Source: Eledone cirrhosa (taxonomy: Eukaryota). From it: 64,000 nt of DNA. Of the stretch, positions 12,441 to 26,826 are shown in pieces. Both the position numbers and the translations under genes were made by a program. The notes beneath the pieces are model-generated. The model ran no database searches, was not told the DNA's origin, and saw only the letters and a program-made list of their open reading frames with translations. How positions within the stretch are numbered: position 1 is the first letter of the stretch; each line of letters starts with the position of its first letter. Location: contig OZ024743.1 in the NCBI GenBank assembly GCA_964016885.1, forward strand, positions 350,920,001 through 350,984,000, read 5' to 3'.

Positions 12441-14174
12441 AATTTTACCCGCCCTAGATAGAGATAGATAGTGATGTATACTTTGGTGCTTATATAGTAA
12501 CATATAGTTTGGTGAGTACATAGTAACGTATAGTTTGGTGTGTATATAATTGTTTCTACTTTTCGCACAAGGCCAGCAATCACTCCAGTATATTACTGGT
12601 GCTTTATTTTATCGACCCCGTAAGCGTATAGTTTGGTGTGTATATAGAGATGAATAGCTAGTGAGGTGTAGTTTAATGTGTATATATTGATGAAAAACTA
12701 ACATGTTTAGTGATATACATTTTAGTGTGTTTGTGTGTATGTGAAATAGTTTAGTGTATAAAGTTCTGTATAGTTTGGCATCTATAATAAGAAAGATTAA
12801 ATTCGAGACATGTTACGACAACTTCTACATAATTATCCATTGATCCGATTCCGTAAAAAATTCTACAACGATCTACTTAACCGAAACCACGTGATACTGA
12901 CTCTAATCACGTGTTACAAAATGAGGAGTTCATCTCGTACTACGTATTGCCATTCAAAGATACAACTTCCCATTATTTCCATAGACGCTGCATAATATAC
13001 GCGCTCAATTCAACAATTCAATAATAGCCCATTGAAACTGTACCACGTGGTTCATGTATCAGTCACGTGCTGTTGGTTACGCTGCGTCGTCACAACACGT
13101 TTATTCACTCATTTCTGAATCAATCTATCGCTACTATACTTGTCACCATCGCAGCCGCCACTACCACAGCGCTACCACACCACCACCGCTCAATAACCCT
13201 AATACTTCATTGTAGGGTTGTATAGTGTTGGCGGAATTTGCTATGTTTTTAACATAAAAAGGAGAAACAACATTAAAAAGACTATAGGAGACAGCATAGA
13301 ATTGTGGGAAGTTATCATATTAACACCACTTTGTGCCTGTGTGATGTGTGAGTATTTGTATGGTGTGTATGTGTGTGTTTGTATTACTGCACCTTCAATG
13401 ACCAACTAGACTAATACAATTATTGATTTCTGTACACATCTGTGATGTGTATGTGTGTCTGAGTGGGTCTCTCTCTCTCTCTCTCTCTCTCTCCCCTACT
13501 CTCTTTCTTTTTCTCTTTTTATATATATCCCCCTCTTTCTCTCTCTGTTTCTTTCTCTCTCTTTATCTCTCACTCGCTCTCTGTCTGAACAATAGTCTTA
13601 GTGTGGACGCAGGTACGGCTTTGTGGTTAAGAAATTAGCATTGCAACCTCGTGGTTTTGGGTTTGGTTCCATTGCGTTGCATGTTTTTGCCTTAGCTACG
13701 AGTCAAGCCAAGCCATCAGCTGAAATTTAGTTGACTGAAACTGTATGGTAGCCAATAGAATAAAATGGTACACGTAATATAAAAGGTGTCACACAGAATC
13801 TGCCCGAAAAATAGGTCAAGGTGACACGAGCTTGAGGAATATTCAGCCATTTACACGTTATTTCACGAGTTGCACGTTAGCTTGGTGAATCAAATGAATG
13901 CTCATCGCCTAAACTGACGGCAGACCCATCACCGTTAGTGTGGGAAAGGGTCTCAGAGCTTCATCTGGATGTGTTTGTGTGTCTGTATACTGTATGTGTG
14001 TTATGTGATTATACCAGCTTCTCTGGGTACCATTGTGTGTTTGTGCTTGTGTGTGTGTGTATGTCTTTAGGATGTGTGTGTGTACGTGTTTAGGATGCGT
14101 GTGTGGTGTGTGAATATGTCACCACCTGTAGGCGTACGTGTGTGCGTGTTTGTGACTGTGTGTGTATTTGTGTA

Positions 14175-14248
<74 letters not shown>

Positions 14249-14345
14249 ACAGAAATACATTATTCAGTTTGTCATCGGAAATGAATTTAATGACAATCGA
14301 TATTCTGTCATCATCACTACCATATTCACCGACACCTCCTTCGTC

Positions 14346-14444
14346 ATAGTAGTGGTAGTAGTAGTTGTGGTGGTGGTAGTGGCGACGCTGATGGTGGTGA
14401 TGCTGGTGGTGGTAGTAGTAGTAGTAGTAGTCGTAGTAGTAGTC

Positions 14445-14491
<47 letters not shown>

Positions 14492-14499
14492 GGTGGTGG

Positions 14500-14530
<31 letters not shown>

Positions 14531-14550
14531 GATGCTGCTGGTGGTGGTGA

Positions 14551-14582
<32 letters not shown>

Positions 14583-14595
14583 CTGGTGCTGGTGA

Positions 14596-14630
<35 letters not shown>

Positions 14631-14642
14631 GCAGTAACAGGT

Positions 14643-14682
<40 letters not shown>

Positions 14683-14775
14683 ATTTAGTAGTAGTAGTAG
14701 TAGTAGTTGTTGTAGTGGTGGTGGTAGCAGTAGCAGTAGCAGCAGCAGCAGCAGCACTACTGCTGGTGGTGACGG
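14346..14775. repeat. Compound (GTA)n/(GTG)n/(GCA)n microsatellite
   Basis: Read directly from the sequence. Confidence 0.95.
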
Positions 14776-16107
14776 TGCTTTTATTGTGCTATTTTACACC
14801 CTGTGGAATACACTAGAGCAAATATTTGTTTTTCTGTTAATGATTCGAACTAGCTGAATGACAAATGTACTATCCGCCACCTCACCCTACCCCCAAAACG
14901 TTCCCTATTGATCTATTGAGACAATTGGTTCAGGTGTAACACGGTTCGAATACAAATCCTGCTAGTTTTTATTGAGGTAAATTTTTAAAGCTAATTGCGA
15001 CTGGCAAAAAAGGATTAAATTGAACATATGGAATATAAAATCACTGTAAGAAGACATGTATATGTCTAAACTAAGTGGCTTGCTTTTATTGAGAAGTGAC
15101 TTGTATGATCACTGATCACTAATTCCATAACATTCAATGAAGTCGTACGGGCACCGTCGTCAAATTGGTCATTTTAAACCTGGAGGTACCAATTCCTTTC
15201 TAGGTTAGACCCCAGCCGATTAATTCAGACAGGTCGAGAGAGACAGAGAGACAGAAAAGAAAAAAAGAATCACTCAGCCCTGGACTAGTATTTTATTTTT
15301 GTAATATCGAAAGGGTAAAAGGTAAAGTTGACCCCTGCAGATTTTAAATTCAGAGCGAACCAGAGAACCGGAAAGAACATCGCAAGACATTCTATCTGAC
15401 GGCCTATCTGACTCTGCTAATTTGCCATCTGAATTTTATGATAAGAATGGGCAAAATAGGGGCATTTTAACGAATTGCAGTAACTATTGAAAACCCCACT
15501 CGCTTCGGTCAACAAAGTATTTATTTGAACCACAATAACCACGAATACCACGATAGAGCTACAGATAGAGCGTCTTCGACAGTATTTCTCACATTCCTTA
15601 TCGATTTTTAAAAAACAAAAATGTGCGTCCCACCATGATCAGACAAGTTATTAAATAACAAATATATAGCACAGTATTTACGCCATATTCTGAAGTCATA
15701 CGCCCTACCATAATATTGCTACGCCCCACAATGAGAAATACTGCACTATGGTATCGTTCGACTTGCTAAAAATAGCAGCCACATCTTCCTCAATTCGGAC
15801 TCTGCCATCTGAAAAACTGAAAAGAGAAATGGCACAATAGATTGTATTGTCCCTGATATGTAAAACGCAGAACGGTTATAGCTGTAATGTATTCATTATA
15901 GTTCTATTCAATCAGAACCTATTTGACGACAGCAATAATAGAAACGACGATGATTACGACAACAACATCAGCAACAGCAGAAGCAGCAATAACAGCAGCA
16001 GCAAATGTTATTTCGTACCTAAAGTATTTATTATAACAGTCAGGCGGCGAATTGGCAGACTCGGTAGAGCGTCGGCTTAAACTTATTCGCATTATTTGTG
16101 ACGGAAA

Positions 16108-16553
16108 GGCGGTGGATTAGCAGTATCGGTAGAGGTTCAGACAATATGCTTTGTGATATATAGTTACCTCCCTTTACGTTCTGAGTTCAAATCCCACCGA
16201 GGTTAACTTTGCCTTTCATCTTTAAAGGGTCGGTAAAATAAAGTACCAGTAATACACTAGGATCGAGCTAACGACTTTCCCTCCTCCATAATTGCTGGCC
16301 TTGGCCTAAATTAGAAGCCATTGTGTGTTCCGAAAGGGCGGTGAATTGGCAGAATCGTTAGTGCGTCGGGAAAACGTCTTTACAGCTCTTAGTTTACCAC
16401 TCTTTACAGTCTGAATTCGAATCTGGCCGAGGTCAACTTTGCCTTACATCCTTCCGGTATTGATAAAATAAGTACCAGTAAAGTGCTGGGTCGATGTAAT
16501 AGACTTATCCCTTCCCTTAGAGTGCTAGCCTTATGCCTAAATTAAAGACCATT
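16108..16553 (+). mobile_element. Two tandem older, longer SINE family 1 relatives
   Basis: GGCGGTGGATTAGCAGTATCGG... and GGGCGGTGAATTGGCAGAATCG... heads, B boxes, GCCTTTCATC central domain and GCTGGCCTT..CCTAAATT tails. Confidence 0.8.
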
Positions 16554-17392
16554 ATTTGTTCCGGGTTTCTGAGTTCGTCTGTAACGTCATAGGTATCAGG
16601 CAGTATCGGCCTTTGCTTTGACCTTAGAAAGGAGGGGCTTGAATGCATGGACGACTGCTGGGCCTCTACAAAACAACTTCGTCCAGGTATTCACCTTGAA
16701 GAAGGGATTTCCGAGTACAAATACATTGTCACTCATGAACAAAGGTACCTATAATATCTTAACAGAGATTACCTTAACCCATTACCTTAAAGTAACAGTC
16801 TTCAATCTCTGGTTACGCTCTGTTCTTATCAATAAATTTCTCTATTTCTCACAAAATAAATAACCTCTGTCTATATTATTACACTTGCCGTGTTCATAAT
16901 GCAGAGAACAAACCCAAAAATATACACGTGGTCACTCGGCTTGCCAGAAATACCAGCTACATTTTTTCTCAAATCACATCCTACTGTTTTAAAAGAGAAA
17001 ATGATCTCAACTACAAAGCCTTTGATTATAGGCCTGCAAATCAGGGCTAGTCTGGAGCAAAACAATAACTACACAAGGGGCATTTGTTTTATTAGCGATT
17101 TTATTGTAATATATACTGAAGATGATTATCTGTTGTATGGCTCAGTACTGGTTTACTAAGGATGTGACTTCCCTAGAAATAATGATAACAGTTGATACTG
17201 GTTCAATTTTAATGATTTATTTAAAGTAACCAAATTGAAATAGTCGTTTGACAAGTCGGGAAACTAATTGTCATTACCCAGTCAATTGGAAACAATAGTT
17301 GATTAGTTGATTGATCATTTTGGTGATCTCATGCTACATTTCAGTAAGTTGTTGATGATGTCTACAGTAGCCATTTTGATCGGTTGTGTTTT

Positions 17393-17496
<104 letters not shown>

Positions 17497-19213
17497 CAGA
17501 TTCTCAAGTAGAACATCTACCACACTAATCTCACCAATCTGGGATGCCCTTCAAGTTCATAAGTACTTACTATTGTATCTTGACTAACTTATTAAAAACA
17601 AGTAGGTAATTAGTGCTCATGGCGTTTTAGGTCTCCTGGACTCGGAAAGCGTCACACCCAACATACTTATCAAGAAAATTTACCAAAACCAAAGATTACT
17701 ATAGTTCCCCACAGATATGTCAGCAATTCACCAGAAAACTATATAATTTAACACCTCATTAAGATAACTATCTTCCTTCCATATGATTCAGACAAACATA
17801 AATACACATGAAAATATTTGTCTACAACACTTGTTACATAAACAAAAATCATCTGCTAGATTTCGGGAATATTTGTGATAAATTCAAGGTAATATAAGCT
17901 TCAGACACAGACCAAAATCATTTACCCAGTCTCCGAAATTATCACAAGAGTATTTGACTATACCTGGACAAAATGGGCAATAAAAGAAACATAAATTGCT
18001 CTATTGTACTGACAATCGGTGAATAACCGAGTGTACAGTGTACTTCTAGAGCAGACTAAAGAATGACATGTGCGGGATGTTACAATTTAGAGAGCTTTTA
18101 ATGTTTTAAGTTGTCTCTTTAGCATGGATCTACTTGCTCACACTTCAGCAGGACAACTAAACAACAATACAAACTAACATTACCGACTATACCATTAACA
18201 ACTTTTATTACGATCAATATGGGTTTGGACCCATAAGGTTCCAATGTTATTTTCGATATCTACTATTTTCCTTCATCTTTAATGTAACTCGAAGTTCTAT
18301 ATTAATAATATTCCATCAATATGGGTTTAATTCATAGTGTTCTAATGCTATCTTCAATATCTTCCCTTTTCTTTCAGTATATTCCATCAATATGGGTTTC
18401 TCCCAGAATCTCCAAGAGGAAAGATTGCGAGATTTAGTGCCAAATTGGAAACATAACAGAAATGAGAAAATAACATCCAATAGCAATAAGAAAACGAAGT
18501 TGTAGTCACAGTACCCAATAATAAACCAGCTTGTGAAAAACAACTTTTACTAATAATTTCTAACATAGGTAAAAGGCAGGACATTTTAGGTAGAGGTAAC
18601 AATCAATTATATCTACACCATTACATGATTATTACTTATTCAACCGATCTCAGAAGGATGAAAAGGAAATCTACCTCGGCAGAATTTGAACATAAACGTA
18701 AAGAACCAGGATTAAATACCGCAAGGCATTTTGTCCAACGCGCTAAAAATTCTAGTAATTTATCGCCCTTTATTAAATATGATTTCTAATTTAGGCACGA
18801 GGTCAACAATTTGTGGTGAAGGAAAAGTTGACTACATCAACTATAGTAGTACTATATTCTATCGACCCCAGAAGGATGAAAGGCAAAGTTAACTCAAGAC
18901 GTGGAAAGTTTTGTCCGACTCTTTACCGATACTGTTAATCCACCAACCTCACTTTTTATTGATAATAAAACCTAGTAGTCACAGTACCAATACTTATAAG
19001 AAAATTGCGTTCTGGTCACAACATACATAACTAAAGAAATTGGCTGTGGTATTTTGGTCTTCGTTATTTGGATTGTAAAGACTCAGCTTGATTGAATGTC
19101 GCTTGCTTTAGCCTCGGATCTATCCAAGCATTGTGAAACTGAGTGGGCAGAAACTGTTTAGAAGCCAGGCGGGTGAACTCTATCTGTAATTCAAAAGGAC
19201 TGCATTATTACAA

Positions 19214-19285
<72 letters not shown>

Positions 19286-21508
19286 GCACGCACAACCCCC
19301 CCACACACACACATACACACACACATACACTCACATACACATGCACGCATACACACACACCCATACACCATGTCACACTGAATTGTCTCGAGAATTACGC
19401 TAAGGTACACATGTCTGTGGAATGCTCAGCCACTTTCATGTTAGTTTTACTTGTAGGCTGTTCTCTTTACCAAACAACTAGATTACTCATCGTAGAAGCT
19501 GACGGAAGTCGATTTATCTTTTTTTTATTTAGGTTTTAAATACACCCAATACGTGAATCAGAAAATCACCATTTTGTGATTCCTTAACTGAATGATATTT
19601 ATTATGGTAACCCATTATGTGGTTTCCTCTTGTTTTCTCTATACTTGCACGTTTTCAAATGTATATTATTCCTGCTGCACACAGCCCAACTCCTATATCA
19701 ATTATTTACAGCTAGAAAGATTGAGCCAACGCAGTGAATGTACAATATCGATACAAGTATGCGAATAAAATAACCCTTGTGACGGATCTATAGTACATCT
19801 TGAGAAATAAATCAGCGAATGATACCTCGTTACTCGATAGTCTACCTGATTCAGGGCTGCTAGATTAATTTCAGATCAAATTTTCGAAATGTAGTGTGGT
19901 TCTAATTTACTTAGTTGATACTTTAACGATGTTCAATAGTATTCTTACCTATAAAAATTAAACTTGTAAAGAAGTAAGTGTACCTAATTAAAAAGGAAAA
20001 TAGAAGGATGCAGTTATAGAAAGTAACAAAATCCGCTATTTGTAGCCGAATCTGGTAACCCTGGACTTATTCAGAATTATACAACAATAAAAATGACAAT
20101 AACTCTTCTGTCTGGTGATCTGGAAAATGTTACTCTATCGATACAAGACTGTTATAGACGCTAAACTAACATTTCACTTCACAATATAGGAATAAATTCA
20201 AACACATTACACATACACACACATGTGCACATCGCATAGAAACTTGTCACAAAGAATGTTTTATTGCTCTGTTTTAATCTACATGTTCTAGTTTAACGTA
20301 AGCCGCTAATTTTATTTCAGAAATTATTAATAATTCATACCATACAATTGTTTGTTTATTGATTTTGAAGCTCTAGCATTTATTATATTTTATCTCCTGT
20401 TTTGTGCTAAGGTACTTTATAGTTTATTCTACATCCGGGTAATGTTTTCTTTCTCTTTTGGCTTTCACCCAGACAACCCACTTAAGCGTAGTGATAAATA
20501 CTGCATGTGTGTACAGTATTAACCCATGTACAATATGTTCAGTATTTACATCTCTATCTATAACTCTCTTATGAAAGGTTGACTTAATAAATTCGACTAT
20601 ATACTGTCTATAAAATATACATAAGTCTTTCCAAACGTAAGACAAAAGCAGTCTTTATTTTCATGTTAGGCTATATTTAGTGAAAATATGAAAACTGCCA
20701 AGTAGACAAAAGAAAAATGTCATAGATTGCATAGATAAAGCCATAATCACATAACAGGGAGTATGAAAGAAATAAACATAGTCGAAAAATTGCTGGCTAT
20801 TGTAATTGAAATATTCCCGACACTTTGGTGTGGGTGCCATAGACTGGGAAGAAGGCTACTGGCATTATTTTAATACCAGTAATATACGAAGAGGTGATAT
20901 ATTTTGTTTATAGTAGTCTTATGATATTTGTTCTGGCACATTAAATTCTGAGTTCGAACCCGGCTGTGACCTACCTAATTTCAAGCCCTGTTGGTCTTTG
21001 TTACAAATGTTCGGACCCGGTCTCTGGTTTAAGAATACCTTCTTTTCTTCTATCAGTTTCGAAGGCTCTTAAAAAAGTCATGAGTGCTGCCCTTCTCTCT
21101 CTGGCAAAGCAATAAAACGAAGTGCTTCATTCGTCTAAGAGAACTGATTTGGAGACGAAGTATGGCAGCAAAGGTTTAGGCAAGGTGAATTAGCAGTAAC
21201 AGCGAGCGTATTACCAAATATTCACGCGCGTGCATGTGTGAGAAAGCGTGTGTTGAATAATAGTTTCCCACTTTGTAACACACACACACACACATACATA
21301 CACATATATATATATATGAAAACAGGGAGAAAGTGACGATTATGAGGAAGAAAAATATATATTTTTTCTTTTTTGTTTCTCTCTCTGTTTTCTGGATTAT
21401 AAAATGATTAAGACGAAATGTTTTACTTTGTGTGAAGTGTAAGGTATTAATTGATTTATTTATTATTTAACAATGGCATTTATTTATCTATTTATATATT
21501 TAATTATG

Positions 21509-21551
21509 TCTATTACCGGTTTCAGCATTTATATGCATTATCAAATGATAG
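21509..21551 (-). ncRNA. Minimal HHR-like motif, U3-A8 variant core, in the 3' pLTR
   Basis: Minus strand CAT-TTGATAA-TGCATATAAATGCT-GAAA-CCGG-TA-ATAG: helix II GCAT/ATGC, palindromic stem III ACCGGT, weak stem I. Confidence 0.5.
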
Positions 21552-21885
21552 TGAAATGTATTAGTGTGGTGTCGCTCATGTTAAACAGAAGGTGCAGAAA
21601 GAATGTTATTTACAAACAAGGTTTAAGAAGTGAAAAGATAAAAGAAAAAAGAAAAACAACGTGCATAATGTGGAACGTAGAAAGTCAATGTGGAAGAAAA
21701 AATTATGTTATTTACAAGCACAGTCATTGAAGTTAAGCAGATCAAAATGTATTAATATAGCAAGAATGCTTAGTTAAACCATGGTTCCGTGATGGAGGCA
21801 AATGGTGGACTGTGGTTTCATATGATTTCCCTTTTTAGAGAGTTAATATGCAGGGGGAAGCAATTCTTGCTGGGTGATATTTAAT

Positions 21886-24800
21886 TTATTTAAGAAAAAG
21901 ATTTAGGTAGGGTGTGAGGGAGGTAACTCTTGTAAATGTTTGATGGTTTGTTGCAGTTTTAGATTGGTCCGATTTTAGAGCATTGAGTAGTGGTTGAAAT
22001 TTATTAATGAAATGTGTTTCCTTATTGGTACGTTGGATGAAAGTAGCGTTGTCTATGAATTTGTAAATGGGGAACATTTTAAAGTTTGGATGTTGGTTGA
22101 GAGCACAATTGGCGATATGTTCACTAAATGCAATCGTTCTGTATTCCTGTATTTTAATTTGTGATTTATGGACGGTCATACGTTGACGGAGGCTGTTTTT
22201 TGTCTGTCCTATGTAGTGCTCTCGACAACCTGAGCAGGTCAAAACATAGATAAGGTTTTCAGATGCACATGTAGAGTTGTGTTTAACTGTGAACGTTGTC
22301 CTTGTTTAAAACGGAATGTTGAACCTTCTATTAGATTTATGCATATGCTACAGTTGGGCCTTCCGCATTTTGTTACTGTAGGGTTCATTGTGAGGGTTTG
22401 TTGGATTTTGGCTTGTGTGAGGATGTTTTTTATGGATTTGGGTTGTCTTTTGCTCTTTATGATGTTGTGTGTTTGGAGGATATTGTTCATTCTTGGGTCT
22501 CTTTTTAGTAAAGGAATGTTCTGGAGGATGGTGTCGAATGCCTCATTGTTGAGGGGGTTGTGTGTGGAGATGTATGGTAGAGTTTTTTGTTGCGGTTCAT
22601 TCCTGGGTTTGGGGTGTCTGAGTTCCTGGATGTCTAGTTTTAGGGCACGTTGGAATCCATTGGTGATTAGGGATGGTGGGTAGTTTCTGCTGATAAGTGT
22701 GTTTTTTAATTCTTCTAGTCGTGTGTAGCATGTGTATTTTTCTGAAACTATTGTGCAGATCCTTCTGGCTAGGTTATAAGGAATTGCAATTTTGGTGTGT
22801 CTCGAGTGGAACGAGTTGAATGGAAGGTATTGTTTGGAGTCTGTGGGTTTGTAGTATATGTCTGTTTCTATTTTGTTGCTTGTTTTCTTGATGAGGATGT
22901 CGAGGAAAGGGAGTTGTTCATGGCTGTAATCCATTGTGAATTGTAAGTTAGTGTTGAGTCCATTCAGAAGGGTTTTGAACTCAAACAGTCTATCTATACT
23001 TTATGAAGCAGTCGTCCAGATATCTCTTCCAGTTCTTTTCTATGTGTTGGTAGAAGTGGTTGCCGTATTTGTCTAGAACTTTGCGGTAGAGAATGGTTTC
23101 CAAATATCCCATGACAAGGTTGGCGTATGAGGGTGGCCACTTTCGTGCCCATGGCATTCCCAGATTTCTGTCTGTAGTATTTGGCATTGATTTCGAAGAA
23201 ATTGTTTTCCAAGATGAATTTGAGTCCCTCCAACACAAATCCTTTAGGGATGCGCTGTGGAAGTTCACTAGGGAAATTTTCCATCCAGAATTGTATTGCC
23301 TCTATACCTAGGTTGTGTTGGCCATTGGAATATAAATTGATGACATCAAAGGTTACTAGTAGGGTATGTTCGTTATTGAGTGTTGTTGGGAGGTGGTTGA
23401 GCATGTCAAGGTCGTCCCTTATGAAGCCTTTTATATGTTTTAGGAAAGGTTTAAGCAGAATATCTAGGAAGTTGCTTAGGCGGTTGGTTTCACATGTGAT
23501 GCCTGCTATTATGGGTCTTAATTTAAGGACATCAGGAGGGGCTATATTGATGTAAACGTCTGTGGCTTGCTTGCAGGCCCTACCTATTACTTCGCTTTAG
23601 TGTGTCTTGGGGATACCGTAGAAGAGGCTGGTTCTGCTTTTGAAATTGGTGATGTAGTTATATTCCTTGTCTGTAAGGCCTTCTTTGTAAAGGGTTGTTA
23701 GGGATTTTAGGTTTCTCATTATTTTATGTTGTGTGTAGTGTTGGGCCTTTTCATAATATGTTTGGTTTTCTAGAGTTGAGAGTACTAGAGTTGTGTAATA
23801 ATATGTCTCCATAAGGACTACTGCACTCCTTTTATCTGCCTCTTTGATTGTTAGGGTTTTGTCGTCTTTTAGACTGTTAAGACCATTCCATTCTTTTTTG
23901 CTTAGGTTTGGTTTTTGTTTATGTCTGTGTAGGTGGTGGTATGGGTAATTAATAATGTGTTCGCAGAATTGATCGAGGAATTTATTCTTGCCTTTTGGTG
24001 GGTGTAGTTGCTTCTATTTCTGGCTATTGAGTCATCCTCATTGTATTTGTCGTATAGTTGTTTGCTGAGTCTTAGTTTTCTACAGAATTCTGCAATATCT
24101 TCCTTCATTTCGGGGTAGTTTGGTTGTTGGGGAGTTGGTGTAAATTTTAGACCTTTGGAGAGTATGTTGATTTGGTCTGTTGTTAATTCTTTAGAGGTTA
24201 AATTGACAATTTTTATTTCATTTTGTGTCTCCTGTGTGTTTTGTGTTATCTTGTAATCCTGTGTCTGTGTGCTGTGTCTAAAAAATGATTACGGAAGTTG
24301 TGATGGCTGTTGAAGTTTGGATGTCTCTTATAGTTGTATTGGCTCCTGCTGTTGTTGTAAGATGGTGTGTAGCTGTGGTGGTTGTTGAGTTTAGGTTGTA
24401 TCGTGTGGTTGTATTGAGCCCTGCTGATGTTGTTGTAGGGTGTGTAGATTTGATGGACATGGTTATAGGGTGTGAAGTTGTGGTGGTTGTTGAAGTTGGG
24501 TTGTATCGTGTGGTTGTGTTGAGCACTACTGTTGTTGTAGGGTGTGTAGACTTGGTGGTAGTTGTAGTAGGGTTGTCTTGTGTGTTTATAATGAGTCCTG
24601 TTGTTGCTGTTATATGGTGTGTAGCTATGACGGTTGTTGTGGTTAGGGTATCTCGTGTGGTTGTTGTGGTTAGGGTATCCCTGCTGGTGTTTTTGTAGTA
24701 GGGTGTGGTTAGTGGGGGAGGGTAGATCAGGGTTTCCTTATAGCTGGTGTGTGGTTGTGAGGCCCTGTGTGACATGTGTGGTAGTTGTGTATTTTGGGTT

Positions 24801-25830
24801 CTATGTTGGAAGTATGATAGTTGTGGGTTTGTTGTGTGGGGATGTTAGGGGGGTTGTAAGTGTGGGGGTTTTATCGTTTCTCCTGGTAGGAGAGTTGTAG
24901 TGTCTATCTTGTAGCTGGTGTTTCTCTATTACTATATTTGTTGCTTGGAAGTCCGTGTGGTAGTTGTGTGGAGGATGTAGGAGGTAGGGGCGAGATGATG
25001 CCTTCTTTTGTTGGTATGTGGGGAGGTATTGTTTTGTTGTTGTTGTTGGTTGTTGTATGTTGTTTGGGTGTTGATAGAGTTTTCTTGTTATTAAGGTTTT
25101 AATGAATGTGTGTTCTTTTTGGAAAAGTGTTTCATAGTTAGAGAACCAGGTTTCGTTTATTTCCCAGCGTTGAAGGGATTTTAATTCTTCCTTATTACAG
25201 TCCTCTAACCATAATTTTGAAATATTTTCTAGGATGGTGTCTTTGGTTATATTGATAATTACTAGATTAATCTCATCGTCGATTGATTTAATCCTATCTT
25301 TATTTGCTTGGGCTCTCAATTTAAGGAGTTCAATTTCGGTTTTTATGTTATCAAGTGCCATTCTTTCCCTGGGGTGTCTTTGTGTCTCTGGTTCGTTTGG
25401 GATGGATTTAATTTGTAGTTTGCGGGGATGATTAATGGGGATGAGTTAATCCATTTTTCATAGATCTCCGCTTTGTTATTGTTTTGTAACATCTTCCAAA
25501 AGGAGAATTTCCTGTTATTAAGAGATGTGTACCATTGTGGTATTAATTTGTTTTTTATTTGGTAAGTTGTAAGTGTATTAGTGTCATGTGTATTTTCGTT
25601 CGTTTGAATAGGGTTTATGTTGTTATTCAGGTGTGTTTTTATTGTTTCACATAAGTTGTTGATATTGTCGTTGATTTTATAGGATGTGTATTTGGGGATT
25701 GTTTCTTCATTTGTAGAGTTTAGTTTGTTGGTGAGTATTGAAAAATTACAGTTAATTTTTTGTAGTTCTTGGAGTATCTCTTGATTGATGTTAATGAGAG
25801 TAGAGTCTGTTTTTGTTTTAGTAGGCATTT
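21886..25830 (-). pseudogene. PLE polyprotein (long N-terminal region with Thr/His/Tyr-rich repeats, RT, GIY-YIG), several frameshifts and stops
   Basis: ORF track pieces 25343..25885, 24801..25361, 23902..24108, 23597..23812, 22994..23404, 22990..23268, 22239..22934 and 21886..22242 are collinear. Confidence 0.88.
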
Positions 25831-26076
25831 TCTGTGTCTCATGTGGGGGTGAATAATAATAATAAAATGTGGAGAGGAAGCACACGAGTTAGGATATATA
25901 TATATATATGAACACAGGGAGAAAGAGACGATTATGAGGAAGAAAAATATTTTTTTTTCCTTTTTTGTTTCTCTCTTTTTTCTGGGTTAGAAAATGATTA
26001 AAACGAAATGTTTTACTTTGCGTGAAGTGTTAAGGTATTAGTTGATTTATTTATCTATTTATATATTTAATTATTG

Positions 26077-26119
26077 TCTATTACCGGTTTCAGCATTTAT
26101 ATGCATTATCAAATGATAG
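26077..26119 (-). ncRNA. Second copy of the U3-A8 HHR-like motif, in the 5' pLTR
   Basis: Core identical to 21509-21551. Confidence 0.5.
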
Positions 26120-26315
26120 TGAAATATATTAGTGTGGTGTCGCACATGTTAAACAGAAGGTGCAGAAAGAATAATGTTATTTACAAACAAGGTTTAAGAA
26201 GTGAAAAGAAAAAAGAAAAATGAAAAAAAATGTGCATAATGTGGAACGTAAAAAATCAATGTGGAAGAAAAAAGAATGTTATTTACAAGCACAGTCATTG
26301 AAGTTAAGCAGATTT

Positions 26316-26396
<81 letters not shown>

Positions 26397-26414
26397 AGAG
26401 AGAGAGAGAGAGAG

Positions 26415-26573
26415 AGAAAAGCTTCTACAGGACTAGAACTGTTTCATTCGTGATGATTTCTCACGAATGAAACAGTTCTAGTCCTGTAGAAGCTTTTCTA
26501 TATTAAACATTTATACTCTGCTATGTATTGAGTACCTTACTAACTGTGGTTACCCCGATTGAACCCGGAATAA

Positions 26574-26577
<4 letters not shown>
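26415..26577 (+). mobile_element. Short PLE-derived element with a palindrome (about 26415-26499) centred on HHR helix II, flanked by microsatellites
   Basis: AGAAAAGCTTCTACAGGACTAGAACTGTTTCATTCGTGA-TGATTTC-TCACGAATGAAACAGTTCTAGTCCTGTAGAAGCTTTTCT; HHR 3' half GAAA-CAG..CTG-TA-GAAG. Confidence 0.78.
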
Positions 26578-26644
<67 letters not shown>

Positions 26645-26652
<8 letters not shown>

Positions 26653-26826
26653 AATATTAATAAATATAGACATTCAACGTAATCAAAATATATTTTATTA
26701 TATATATTTCGGAGGTACTGTGTTGTTTTGTCAGTACTGAAAAAACAGCACAGTACCTCCGAAATATATATAATAAAATATATTTTGATTAGGTTGAATG
26801 TCTATATTTATTAATATTTTGAATAT
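26645..26826. repeat. Palindrome with about 90-bp arms in (TA)n, centred on a presumptive HHR helix II
   Basis: Axis TCAGT|ACTGA near 26735; right arm carries CC-GAAA-TATATA-TA-ATAAAATATATT, similar to the HHR 3' half at 61782. Confidence 0.8.

Larger units (their letters stand above)
21316..26312 (-). mobile_element. Near-full-length Penelope-like element (Neptune-like) with about 420-bp direct pseudo-LTRs, in (TA)n
   Basis: Direct repeats at 21316-21742 and 25907-26312 flank a decayed minus-strand ORF with ADKRSAVV (DKG motif), TFDVINLYSN, GNAMGTK, WKRYLDDCFI, LPFLDILI, linker CGRPNCSIC and GIY-YIG (IYVLTCSGCREHYIGQT..RMTVH..EH). Confidence 0.93.

Noticed and set aside
18210-18510. Possible + strand exon after TTTCTTTCAG (about 18377)
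   Set aside because: The site lies in a local repeat (ATCAATATGGGTTT three times), two frames are equally open and no protein family is recognisable.
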